Below, piece by piece: positions 40,181 to 53,034 of a DNA stretch of 64,000 bases. The translations under genes were made by a program, and so were the position numbers. Below the pieces are notes generated by a model. That model saw only the letters and a program-made list of their open reading frames with translations, did not search any database and had not been told where the DNA came from. How positions within the stretch are numbered: position 1 is the first letter of the stretch; the number at the start of each line of letters is the position of its first letter. Origin of the DNA: Octopus vulgaris. Lineage: Eukaryota. Where the stretch lies: contig OX597828.1 of NCBI GenBank assembly GCA_951406725.2, forward strand, positions 48,546,001 to 48,610,000, in the 5' to 3' direction.

Positions 40181-40825
40181 CTGTACGTGTGTACCTGTTG
40201 CGAGTGTATGAGTCAGCTGTGTACATTATCTGCGTGTGTACCGTTTGCTTGTGTGTGTGTATGTGTGTATGTGGGTGTACATGTCTATGTGTGTACACGC
40301 GTGCGTGCATGAATACGTGTGCGTTTGCGCATTCTGTATGCACGTGTGTGCGCGTGCCTGGTTAAGTTGCGTGCTATTTTATCGATTCGTCCCCGAAAGA
40401 AACAAAGGCAAACTGACTCCGGTGGTGTTCGAACGCAGAACGTAGTTAGTCGGAAGAAATGCCGTTAAGCACTTTGTCTGGAGAGTTATCGACTCTGCCA
40501 GACGCTTATTAGTAGGAGATGATTTTAATAGCTATTAGAATTTTGTTGTTTGTTATGAATAATAATATTATCATCTTAAACATATGTTCCTCTATTTACA
40601 CGGTTTCGATTTGTGCAGTAATCGGCCGAAACCAATCTACCGTGTTAATCGAGAAAGCACTATACAATACCGCATTTTCCTACAAACAAGTCGCTGTAGC
40701 ATATAATATAAACATGTAACGTAGACATCGTCACTATCTTTCCAAATTCTGCTGCATTCCACTCGGAAGTTTTGGTCTTCTAGAGTCATCTTGGTGCATA
40801 AGACGACAGACCTTATTTTTGGTAT

Positions 40826-41032
40826 TTACTCTTTTACTTGTTTCAGTAATTTGACTGCGACCATGCTGGAGCACCGCCTTTTAGTCGAGCAAATCGACCC
40901 CAGGACTTATTCTTTTTGTAAGCCCAGTACTTATTCTATCGGTCTCTTTTGCCGAACCGCTAAGTGACGGGGACGTAAACACACCAGCATCGGTTGTCAA
41001 GCAATGCTAGGGGGACAAACACAGACACGCAA

Positions 41033-41077
<45 letters not shown>

Positions 41078-41243
41078 TACGACGGGCTTCTTTCAGTTTC
41101 CGTCTACCAAATCCACTCACAAGGCATTGGTCGGCCCGGGGCTATAGCAGAAGACACTTGCCCAAGATGCCACGCAGTGGGACTGAACCCAGAACCATGT
41201 GGTTGGTTAGCAAGCTACTTACCACACAGCCACTCCTGCGCCC
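40826..41243 (-). mobile_element. SINE family A, full length
   Basis: Near-identical to 63537-63954. Confidence 0.9.
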
Positions 41244-41777
41244 GTATGTAAATTTTAGTCGGAAAAATACATGAATTTCGGAAAATGCGAGTACCGGAAT
41301 TCCCATACACTTACCAATACATTCTTTGTGTGGAACCTCGGTGACTTCGTTCAGAAATTGTAAAAATATTTTGCATGGAACACGCCTCGTTTTGACGCCA
41401 GTCCCACACGTGACACTGCAAGGTGACCAATCATATGGGATGAATCTGGAAAGACATGAAACAAAATTAATTCCGGAATACTTATTTGTGTGTGTGTGTG
41501 CCTATATAGTTTTTATGAGTGTGCGCGTGTGTGAGCGTGTGTGTGTGCGTGCGTGCGCATGCGATGTGTGTATGCGTTTTTTATGTGCGTGTGAGTGTAC
41601 TCAAAACGACAGCGTACGTATAGATGTTTATAATACACATATACCTTTGAATGGAATCTGAATGGAATTTATACCACGTGAGTGCATGTACGTGTGCGTT
41701 CAGGTGTATGTGTGCGTGTGTATGTGTGTGCGCGCATGTTTGTATACAAGTGTGTGTACGGATCGTTTCTTATATCG

Positions 41778-42347
41778 GTTTCAAATTTTGGCACAAGGCC
41801 AGCAAGTTTAGGGCAGGGGGCAAGTCGATTACATTAACCCCAGTGCTCAGAAGGCACTTCCTTTATCTACTCCCAAAGGGATGAACGGTTAAGTCAACCT
41901 CGGCGGAATTTGAACTCAGAACGTAAAGACGGACGAAATGCCGCTAAGCATTTCACCCTGCGTGCTAACGATTCTTTTTTACTCTAGGGGAGGGGGCTAG
42001 TCGATTAGATCGACCCCAGTATGCAACTAGTACTTAATTTATCGACCCCGAAAGGATGAAAGGAAAAGTCGACCTCGACGGAATTTGAACTCAGAACGTA
42101 GCGGCAGACGAAATACCTATTTCTTTACTACCCACAAGGGACTAAACACAGAGGGGACAAACAAGGACAGACAAACGGATTAAGTCGATTACATCAACCC
42201 CAGTGCGTAACTGGTACTTAATTTATCGACCCCGAAAGGATGAAAGGCAAAGCCGACCTCGGCGGAAGTTGAACTCAACGTAGCGGCAGACAAAATACCG
42301 CTAAGCATTTCGCCCGGCGTGCTAACGTTTCTGCCAGCTCGCCGCCT
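41778..42347 (-). mobile_element. SINE family B triple composite
   Basis: Full unit 42118-42347 plus two partial units. Confidence 0.85.
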
Positions 42348-42570
42348 CAAATCGTTTCTTATACTAAAATATATTTTGCTCTCTATGAAGTATTTCCACT
42401 TAAGCGACAACAGTTCGGAATCAAAGTCGTAGACATAGACATGTGTGTGTGTGTTCGTGTATGCATATCTTCTCACTCCCATACACATTACATCTACCCT
42501 TATATACACGCATGTATGCTCACATGCATACAATTATAAATTACACACATGCGCTCATATATAAATACAT

Positions 42571-42623
<53 letters not shown>

Positions 42624-42626
42624 TAG

Positions 42627-42747
<121 letters not shown>

Positions 42748-42978
42748 CAGACAAACAGAGATAGAAATAGAGAGAGATACAGACACCCATATCCGTGCTA
42801 TTAACGAACAAAGAAGTGAGTAATCAAGACCGCATTGGGAAATGAATAATTTCTTTTTATAGTAGCGTGCGGCTAATAGGATACCAATAGTTTCATGCGA
42901 ATGTATCTGTAATGACTCAACTGTAGCTTAAATAATGCTGGCAGCACGAGCAGAAGAGAGAGAAAGAGAGAGAGAGAG

Positions 42979-43050
<72 letters not shown>

Positions 43051-43118
43051 CGTGCGTGTGTGAAACTTGTAAAATCTAAGTGTGTAAATGTCTGTATGCA
43101 AGGAGTCGAAGATGAAGT

Positions 43119-43166
<48 letters not shown>

Positions 43167-43259
43167 GGAGGAGGAGGAGGAGGAGGAGGAGCAGGAGGAG
43201 TTGAGGGTGAAAGAATTGTGAGCTTGAAGGGAAAAACAAATTGCTTCTCGATGAAGCCT

Positions 43260-43305
43260 GCAATTGAGGGATCCGGTATATAAAGCCAAGTTTTATATAC
43301 CGGAT
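43260..43305 (-). promoter_or_regulatory. Palindromic TATA-containing element, candidate core promoter
   Basis: ATCCGGTATATAAA-gccaagt-TTTATATACCGGAT is a perfect 14-bp inverted repeat. On the minus strand TATATAAAA (43299-43291) lies about 32-34 nt upstream of an Inr-like TCAATT (A at 43265), at the edge of a unique GC-richer island (43200-43670). Confidence 0.3.
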
Positions 43306-43997
43306 GGTGCGACGAATGATTTGCGAGCGGAAATGGCAAGAGGCAGCCAGCCAGTTGCCAAACTGGATGTCGTCAAAATGATCTGAGAATCGGTCAGTTC
43401 AGCGGCGGGCACACATGAATGAGGGAAGGAGTGGGTTACAGAAGAGGGGCGGAGCGACGAGATCGGACAGCAGGAGATGAAAGACATGTCAGATCTGACG
43501 ACAGACAGGTAACCCGGAGGAGTGGTGAGCGAGGGGAAGCAGTGTGGTTGAGTGTGGGACGGGTGCAAGAACAGAGGGCAGAAATGTGGCCGACTTGGTG
43601 GGCGTGGATGGGAACGGCCTGAAACTTGTGAGAGCGATCGCAGACGCACACAAACACCAAGACATGCATAATTTTCGTGTAAAGAATGCTTTTACCTTTA
43701 TCTAATTATATTTTATGTAAAGTATAGAAGCCATCTTATCAAAAATCCCGAAACTAGTTCGAGCGTATCACTCAGGCTCGCGAGGAAGGGATGGCCTCCC
43801 TTTGCAAATACTCCAAGGGCACTGATATTGTGTCTAAAGCCAGCTAGAGACGACGATCTCTTGGGGCTATAAAGCTACAGTAACACCCCCTCCCCAATGT
43901 GGTTAGCCATGATAAGATGGCTTCTATACTTTACATTATCGAGCGATTACTGTTTCAATCTCATTCTGAGATTTAATTATGCCTAATTATATTTTAT

Positions 43998-44226
43998 GGT
44001 AGCAAGCTGGCAGAAACGTTAGCACGCCGGACGAAATGCTTAGCGGTATTTCGTCTGTCGCTACGTTCTGAGTTCAAATACCGCCGAGGTTGACTTTGCC
44101 TTTCATCCTTTCGGGGTCGATAAATTAAGTACCAGTTACGCACTGGGGTCGATATAATCGACTTAATGCGTCTGTCTGTCCTTGTCTGTCTCCTCTGTGT
44201 TTAGCCCCTTGTGGGTAGTAAAGAGA
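43998..44226 (+). mobile_element. SINE family B
   Basis: Full consensus monomer. Confidence 0.88.
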
Positions 44227-44449
44227 TATATATTCTATTTGACATCTGACATTTCAGATTTCCTTTTTTTATCTTATTCTTTATATTGTGTACGTGGACT
44301 CTCAAAATCACGAGAATCTCAAACAAAAATCTACAGCGCTTTACATAACTAAATTATAAGTTCAAATCCCGGCGAAGTCTACTATGCTGTTAAACCGTTC
44401 TGGAGTCGATAAAATAAAGAACGGTCATACAATCAAAAATAAAATGATA

Positions 44450-44753
44450 AACGTCGCCCTTTTCAAGCCTAGCCAGGCTCATGGAAGCGGTTTCCCGGTT
44501 TTTGTGGCGTATGCGTTTCCCCCCAACTGGACGGGACGCCAGTCCATCGCAGCGTTACTCAAGAAACAGGAAGAATGAGAGAAAGTTGAGGCGAGAGAGT
44601 ACAACAGGAGTTGCCGCCACTCCCTGCCGGAGGCTCGTGGAGCTTTTAGGTGTTTTCGCTCAGTAAACACACACAACGCCCGGTCTAGGGATCGAAACCA
44701 CGATCCTCCGACCGTGAGCCCGCGGCCCTAACCACTGGGCCATTGCGCCTCCG
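44450..44753 (-). mobile_element. SINE with family C head and an alternative tail
   Basis: Head as at 60251; tail ...AAACCGGGAAACCGC.TCCATGAGCCTGGCTAGGCTTGAAAAGGGCGACGTT. Confidence 0.8.
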
Positions 44754-45137
44754 CAATCAAAAATACCCGAATTGAAATTTGAGAAACTAATAGAGATCTT
44801 CAGAGAGAGTGGAGAAAGAAAGTAGGAAAAGAGTTAATGCACTGGTTAAGAGTTTGATGTATTTTGATAATCGTTCGTGTATATATGTAGGGTGTATAAG
44901 AAGATTGTGTGTGTGTGTATGTGCATCAATGGCTATGATGTGTATTGGTATGTCTATATTTCCATGTGTGCGAGTGCACACATGGAAATATATTTATATA
45001 TGTATCTGCTACGTATATCTACTTCCGATGTATTTGTGGTTTATGAGCGTGCAGTAGGTGTGAGCATGTATCGCATGTCCGAGATATGTGCGTGCGTGTG
45101 TGTGCGTACGTGCGTGTGTGTGTGTGTGCGTGCGTGC

Positions 45138-45227
<90 letters not shown>

Positions 45228-45538
45228 GTGTGTGTTTTTGTATTTATGCATATGGGTATATCAAGATAAGAAAGTTGTTTAAATTTAGGAAGTGGGGGGC
45301 TTTGAATTATCATGTCTATTTCAATTTTCTTTGTTGTGCTGAAGATGAAACAAGAAGAGGAAGAGAGAAGAAAGGAGATGAAAGCAGCGAGGTAAGGAAG
45401 AGGAAGATGAGGAGGGGGAGAAAAAACATTAAATAAAAAAAAAAAAAGATTTCCGTTTCTTCCGGAAAACGAAATTCACAATTTCAATAGCAGCAAGCAA
45501 AAACACACTTTTGTATAAAACACATTAATGTAGACACG

Positions 45539-45588
<50 letters not shown>

Positions 45589-45999
45589 GATAAATAGTCT
45601 TATCACTATCACACACCCACAGCCACCCCATCATACACAAAGATAGATGTATGTATGCATCTATGTATGTATGTATTTTTGTAAGTATGTATGTATGTAT
45701 GTATGTATGTATGTATGTATGTATGTATGTATGTATGTATGTATGTATGTATGTATGTATGTATGTATGTATGTATGTATGTACAAGGACATGTACGCTG
45801 TTGTAGATGTGTTTACAAAGCACTTGGAATCAGAATTAAAACAGCCGCAGCTAAACTGCAGTTAAAACGTTGTTTAATAATGAGGAAAAAATATGGATGG
45901 CACAAACAAACCCACAGCTGCATCTGTTCGCGTGTGCGTGAATACATACATACTACGTATATATATATGTATATGTATATATATATATGTTTATATGTA

Positions 46000-46033
<34 letters not shown>

Positions 46034-46101
46034 CATATATATGTATATATGTATATATATATACACACACATATGTATATATATATATATATACACATAT
46101 G

Positions 46102-46136
<35 letters not shown>

Positions 46137-46149
46137 ATGTATATATATG

Positions 46150-46462
46150 TGAAGGTGCATGGCTCAGTGGTTAGAGCGTCGAGCTTACGATCGTGAGGTT
46201 GTGAGTTCGAATTCCAGACCGGGCTGCATGTTGTGTTCTTGAGCAAGACACTTCATTTCACGTTGCTCCACTTCACTCAGCTGTAGAAATGAGTTGCGAA
46301 GTCACAGGTGCTAAGCCGTATCGGCCCCTTTGCCTTTCCCTTGGATAACATCGGTGGCGTTTTCCATAAAAACAACATTGCCCGGACTTGGACTTGTACC
46401 TGGGAGGGTAACTTTTTAGGTGCAATCCCACGGTCAGTCATGACCGAAAGGGGGTCTCAACA
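46150..46462 (+). mobile_element. tRNA-SINE (38038-type head and body, third tail type)
   Basis: GAAGGTGCATGGCTCAGTGGTTAGAGCG, GAGTTCGAATTCC, CTTGAGCAAGACACTT; tail GGTGCAATCCCACGGTCAGTCATGACCGAAAGGGGGTC. Older related copies at about 26095-26360 and 55467-55700. Confidence 0.75.
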
Positions 46463-46464
46463 AC

Positions 46465-46495
<31 letters not shown>

Positions 46496-46641
46496 ATATT
46501 TATATTTATATATATATACACACACACAATAGATATATGTATAATACATGTATATATATGTACATATGTGTTTACAGCACTGACGCCAGAAGCCCTTTAT
46601 GGGGGTGAAACCTAAGATAATCCCATAAACCGACCTTATCA

Positions 46642-46694
<53 letters not shown>

Positions 46695-47103
46695 GTGTGT
46701 GTGTGTGCATGTTGTGTATGTAAGTCCAGGTGCGGTTGAATGGTAAAAAGTTTGCTTCCAACCAAATGGTTCAGTCCCACTGCGAGGTACCTTGTCAATT
46801 GCCTTCTTCAGTAGACTCGGCCGACCAAAGTCGTGTGAGTGGATTTGTTAGACGGAAACTGAAAGAAACCTCAAGTATGTGTATGTGTTTGCGCGCGCGT
46901 ATGTGTCTGTATGTGTGAGAGAGAGAGAGAGAGAGAAAGGGAGGGTGCGTGCGTGTATGTGAGTTTGTTTAAAAGTGTGCAAATGTACGTATATAAGTGT
47001 ACGCTTGTATTCGTTTTATATAAATTTCACTGCTTCTTTTTAATACGTAAACACGGACTCAATTATTGAATGCGAGTCTGTACGTGTATATATACATACA
47101 TAC

Positions 47104-47136
<33 letters not shown>

Positions 47137-47367
47137 TGTATGTATGTATGTATGTATGTATGTATGTATGTATGTATGTATGTATGTATGTATGTATCTA
47201 TCTATCTGTCTATGTATCTATCAATATATGTATGTGTTTGTGTACGTGTGCGTGTACGTGTGTGTGTGTGTGCCTGTGTGTGTACAGACACACGTTTATT
47301 TTGAAAATTGTTGCCATTTCTAAAAATACTGTTGTAATTGTGCGTATATCTATAAATGTGCGTAAGC

Positions 47368-47454
<87 letters not shown>

Positions 47455-47554
47455 TATACATATATATATATATACATATATATACATATATATATACATA
47501 TATATATATACATATAAAGATATATATATATATTCATGTATGTATATATATATG

Positions 47555-47597
<43 letters not shown>

Positions 47598-48087
47598 ATA
47601 TATATATAGTATGTATCTATATGTGTATATGTACGTGTGTGTGCGTTTATGCACGAGTGTGCGTGTGTATATGAGTATGTGTAATATATGTATATGTATG
47701 TATGTCGAGGAGAATGTCTGTGTTTGTATTCAATAGAGACAGATAGATAAACCGAGAGAGAGATGGGGAGGGGGAGGAGAAAGTGTGTTCTGTTACCGAT
47801 AGAAATAGAGAAAAAAAATTGAAAATAAATTAAAATAACAGCGATTTCTTAAGTAAATATCATTATATCTGAAAATAGAATGAAGAATGTGGTCAACGTT
47901 ACATTGCAGCCATTGTTAGCCTCGCGTACATACACACACACACACACACGCACGCACACACACACACACACACATTCATACATACATCCATACATACATG
48001 TGTGTGTGTGTGTGTGTGTCTGATGTATGCTTGTAGGTAGGTATATTTATATTTGTATACACATACAATATATACATATGTGTATAT

Positions 48088-48118
<31 letters not shown>

Positions 48119-48186
48119 CGTACTCATACATCTATGTATAGATGCACTTACATCTATATTTATTCATAAACGAATGCCTCCCCCAT

Positions 48187-48387
<201 letters not shown>

Positions 48388-48719
48388 ATATATATATATA
48401 TAAAAGGATAACATCGTTAATTTAAATTAAATAACGATCTTATCAAGTGGCCAGCATGGAACTAAAAACCTTCAATGGTAATAATTATTATTAAAATTAT
48501 AACTTAGGGTATCTACGAGATACCGCCATGCTGAAAATAGCAGCCAGGATCTGACTCTAATTCTACCTTAAATGTTCATATAGCACAAGGAGAGCTTTTT
48601 GTCTTCTCTCCTTGTGCTATATGGTTTTAGAGTCAGATCATGGCTGCTATTTTCAGCATGGAGGTATCAGCCTTCTTTAACGATTGTGGTTAAATTTGTA
48701 TCGATATTACCCGTCTATT

Positions 48720-49800
48720 AATAAAATGACTTTTATTTCAGACTCAAAGCAGATACTGCTGCTGTATGAATTCAAACGGTGCTTTTCAGTAATGCATAGA
48801 ACGAGAAATATTCGTTGTATCTACGGAATCGAAGCGTTGAGTGTCTGGATATGTCAAGATTGTTATGGGCGGTTTCACTTGGGAAATCTTTATACAAATT
48901 CTCGTCGATCTGGACGAGCGATTTTTGTCAACATTGAGCTTTCGAAAGCCGTTATGGAGGAAAAACTAAAGGCAAAGTACACAAGAAGTAACAAAATAGT
49001 TCAATTCAAGTCACATTTCTATCATAAAATACATTCGTGAACTTAGAAAAGGGCTTAAACTTCACCAATGGGTCCCACATCATTTGAGTGCTCCTCAGTT
49101 TCAAAGATTTGCCCTCCTGAAGCCATTAAATAATAAATTTGCTACCGAACATTTCCTGGGTAGAACCATAGAAATAATGATAAGTGGGTTCGTTATGATC
49201 ATAGTCAAGGAAATGTTTAACATTCAATGAATAAGGAGAATCCATACCATAAGGAGGACTACACCTCCACAAACTAAGTTATGCTCTGTGTTGGATCTGA
49301 TGTGAAGGGTGCTGTTTATCACGAAATGTTAAAGCAAGAGAAACAGTTAATGCAGAGATGTATTGTTGTCAGTTGGAAGCATTACACAAAAATTTGTCAA
49401 TGATAAAAAGGTGTTGCCCTCACACGATAATAGGACCACGTATTGCCGGAGTCATTCAGGGAAAGATTATGGCACCAAACATGGAAATTTTGCCTCATCA
49501 TCCTTACTCTCCCGACCGTGCTCCATTCGACTAGTACCGTTTCAGATCATTGCAATAGCATTTAGAAAGCAAAACAGTTTAATAATTGAGAAGAGGTTAA
49601 ACAATATTACAAAGAGTTTCTTTGCTCCGAAACGTAACAAATCTTTACTCCCGAGGGATGATCAATTCACGAGATAAATGGGATTATGTTATCAATAACA
49701 AGAGGAAAGATTAATCTGATTAAATGTATCAATTAAGAGCAAACAAGTATTTCTTTCCTTCCCATTTTAAATGCGACAAAACTTGCTTTCCAACTTAATA
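48720..49800 (+). pseudogene. Degenerate mariner transposase with right TIR
   Basis: LLYEFKR...RNIRCIYG..ALS (HTH), RSGR, WVPHHLS, HDN and HPYSPD.AP.D motifs spread over several frames. The 3' end AAATGCGACAAAACTTGCTTTCCAACTTAATA is mariner-TIR-like. Confidence 0.85.
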
Positions 49801-49814
49801 TTTGTGTGTGTGTG

Positions 49815-49865
<51 letters not shown>

Positions 49866-50073
49866 GCACATATATTTATCTATATTTTACTTTGTCGCCA
49901 AGACTTAAGCACTCACACACACAAACACATCCCCACACGCGCACTCCAGCTGTTTTATGTTTTTAACTCAAATCCATAAATACACTTAAGTAAAAATAGA
50001 TGTGTTCTTTCAAGTATGTGTTTATTTATTTACGTTTTATAGATATAGATATATAAAAAATATGTATATATGT

Positions 50074-50290
50074 CTTTAAAATGAAACTGGATCTCTTCCT
50101 GTCAGGTATCCCAGATGAACCAACTTTACGGCAGGAGGTGCAGATGAGGGCAGCTGCATCGAACTCTCTCATGCACCAAATGGCAGTTGCTAAAAAGCTT
50201 TCGTGAAGTAAAACCATGTAGCAACACAAAATGGCGGTGCCCCAGCATGGCCACAGCTCATGAGCTGAAACTAGAATCAATCAATCAATC
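50074..50290 (+). mobile_element. 3'-terminal fragment of the same CR1/L2-like LINE
   Basis: Near-identical reverse complement of 53045-53265 (FKMKLDLFLSG.PDEPT.RQE.QMRAAASNSL, 3' UTR, ATCAATCAATC tail). Confidence 0.9.
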
Positions 50291-50355
50291 ATACATGCAT
50301 ACACTCACACACACAAACATACATACAACTATATATAGATGTATCTATCTTTCTA

Positions 50356-50388
<33 letters not shown>

Positions 50389-50651
50389 AATAAATAAATA
50401 AATATATATATATATATATATATAATTTGCTGTGCGGGAGCAATTGTTTTATCTAAGGCGTATATTGTTGTTAAATGCTCGAAATACGAGACTAGAAAAA
50501 CAGCCAACAATTGATGAAGGGTTGTTCTTTATGTTTGTTTTGCTTTCTATTTGTGTATTTCGTTGTTCGAACGGATAGTTCATGTTCCATGTACTTGTAC
50601 TTCGTACTTTTTTGTTGTACACGTTTCATGACGTCCTGTGCCCACATATGC

Positions 50652-50697
<46 letters not shown>

Positions 50698-50927
50698 GTA
50701 TAGGTGTATGTACATATACGTATGTATATATGCATATATATATTATTTATATTACATATATATATATATTATATATATTATATTATATATATATATTATT
50801 TATATTATATATATATATATATATATTATAATATATATAAATATATTATTTATATTATATATATATATATTATATATTATATATATATTATATATTATTT
50901 ATATATATCTATATATTATTTATGTTA

Positions 50928-50982
<55 letters not shown>

Positions 50983-51470
50983 TGTGCATTAGTAACAACA
51001 ATAGTAACAAAAATACCAACAACAATAGCCCACGTATGTATACATATATATACATACAGAAGTGTATTCATTCTGCTCTAATTGTATAAGAGCTCTATCA
51101 GTTAAGCGTATTGACGAAAACCCGAGATGCTCTGCTCTTTGTGAGACAAGTTTCTTTTGTTAGTTGCAGACAACCGTAGATAATTGCAGACCACATGCAA
51201 GATATTTGCATAGTTCAACCACCTCAGTATTCTTAGAGTGAATTTGAAAAATTCGGTTGAGCGATATCTCTTCTTCTATCTGTGTTAAAAAGCCACTAAT
51301 CCTTGGCCTTTGTCAAGGTCACTGCATGAGTGTTTACTTACGTAACCAAGTGTCTTTATGATTCTGCGATTCTGTGTTTAAACTGAAACGTCAAACGTTT
51401 TCTCAATACAGAAGCTTGTGTATCGCTTGGAATATAAACTTTAATCGCCTCCAGACTTAAGCCTTAGTTG

Positions 51471-51508
<38 letters not shown>

Positions 51509-52415
51509 GGTAGTGGTGATAGTGATGATGATAATGGTGGTAGTGGTAATGGTGGGAGTGTTGATTATATTGGTAGTGGTGGCGATGATGGCGGTAATGG
51601 TTGTTGTTGTTGTGGTGGTGGTGGTGGTGGTGGTGGTGGTGGTGGTGGTGGTGGTGGTGGTGGTGGTGGTGGTGGTGTGGTGGTGGTAGTGGTGGTGGTA
51701 GCGGTGTTGCCGATTATTGTTCTCAAAGACAATGTCAGCACCACCCAAAAGTGTTTAGGAATTTTGGTCTCCTCCCCTTTATCGATGCTAAGATAAAACA
51801 GAATTTTAATTCAGATAGTTCTTCCTTCTTCGCCATATTGCTGGATAAGTTTCCATCTGTAGCCATTTCTCTTGAATTGGGCTTAGTAACATGTGTAGTC
51901 GCAAGCTGTTATATATATCTCCTCCTGATCCTCACATTCTGAGCCAAGTAAACCATTAAGGATATGACAGATTAAAGAACAGAGAGATAGAGTTCTGGGT
52001 TCGAACTCCTCTTCAGTTGAATAGCCACGAGTAACGTAAAATATGGTGCCTTGCTGAAGGGCAGAACGCGCTGCCTGACGCCAGAATTGAACCTACGATC
52101 CTCTTATCGAGTTACCATGTACACCTAAGACTATACATACATGCATACATATATACATACATACATACATACATACATATATGCATGCATACATACATGT
52201 GTATATATTGAACTCACGATCCCTTTTATCGAGTAACCGTGTATACATAAGATTATACATACATATATATATACATACATGCATACATACATACATGCAT
52301 GCAAACACACACACACATACACATATATACATACATATATACATATGTGTGTGTGTGTGTATGTATATATATGTGTGTGTGTGTATGTATGTATGTGTGT
52401 ATGCATTATGTATAT

Positions 52416-52614
52416 ATGAGGGGGATGCTGAAAAGTAGCTGACTTTAAGAGTATCGTGAAAGGCTTGCCTGGAACCCCAAACGTCTGAGTTCTTTAGAAA
52501 AACTGAAGGAACGCTGCAATAAGTGTGTGAATCTGAGAAGAGAATATGTTGAATAAAATCATAACTTGTATTTTCTTTTACCCAAAGCCAGGACTTTTCA
52601 TCACTCCCTTGTGT
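52416..52614. mobile_element. Mariner-type MITE (about 200 bp)
   Basis: Imperfect TIRs TATGAGGGGGATGCTGAAAAGT / ACTTTTCATCACTCCCTTGTG; homologous to the 58.7-59.1 kb copy. Confidence 0.55.
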
Positions 52615-52774
52615 ATATATATATATACAATATATATATATATAATACAGTAAATAAATTGATTACATCGCAATCATTAACATTTATGTATTAACTTTGT
52701 TGGGTACTTCACTAGCAGTATATTGGATATATGTTATCCCATGGAGGGTTGCATTTACAACCCCTATCTCAATT

Positions 52775-52827
<53 letters not shown>

Positions 52828-53034
52828 TAAGATTACAAAAAAGAAGAAAAAGAAAAAAGACAGATGGGTGAGGGAACAATAAACAGTTTGTCTTAGTTTG
52901 ATAGTGAGGAAAACTAGAAGTCTTTGACGTTTCGAACGCACGCTCTTCTACAGAAGCGAAGGAGTAGAGAAAACAAGAGAAAGGGAAAATGGAGAAAGAA
53001 AATATATGTATGAATGCATATATATATGGTTATG

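Noticed and set aside
39915-40343. 142-aa ORF over the unique island
   Set aside because: Begins in CA-repeat sequence and shows no recognisable domain; treated only as a possible UTR exon.
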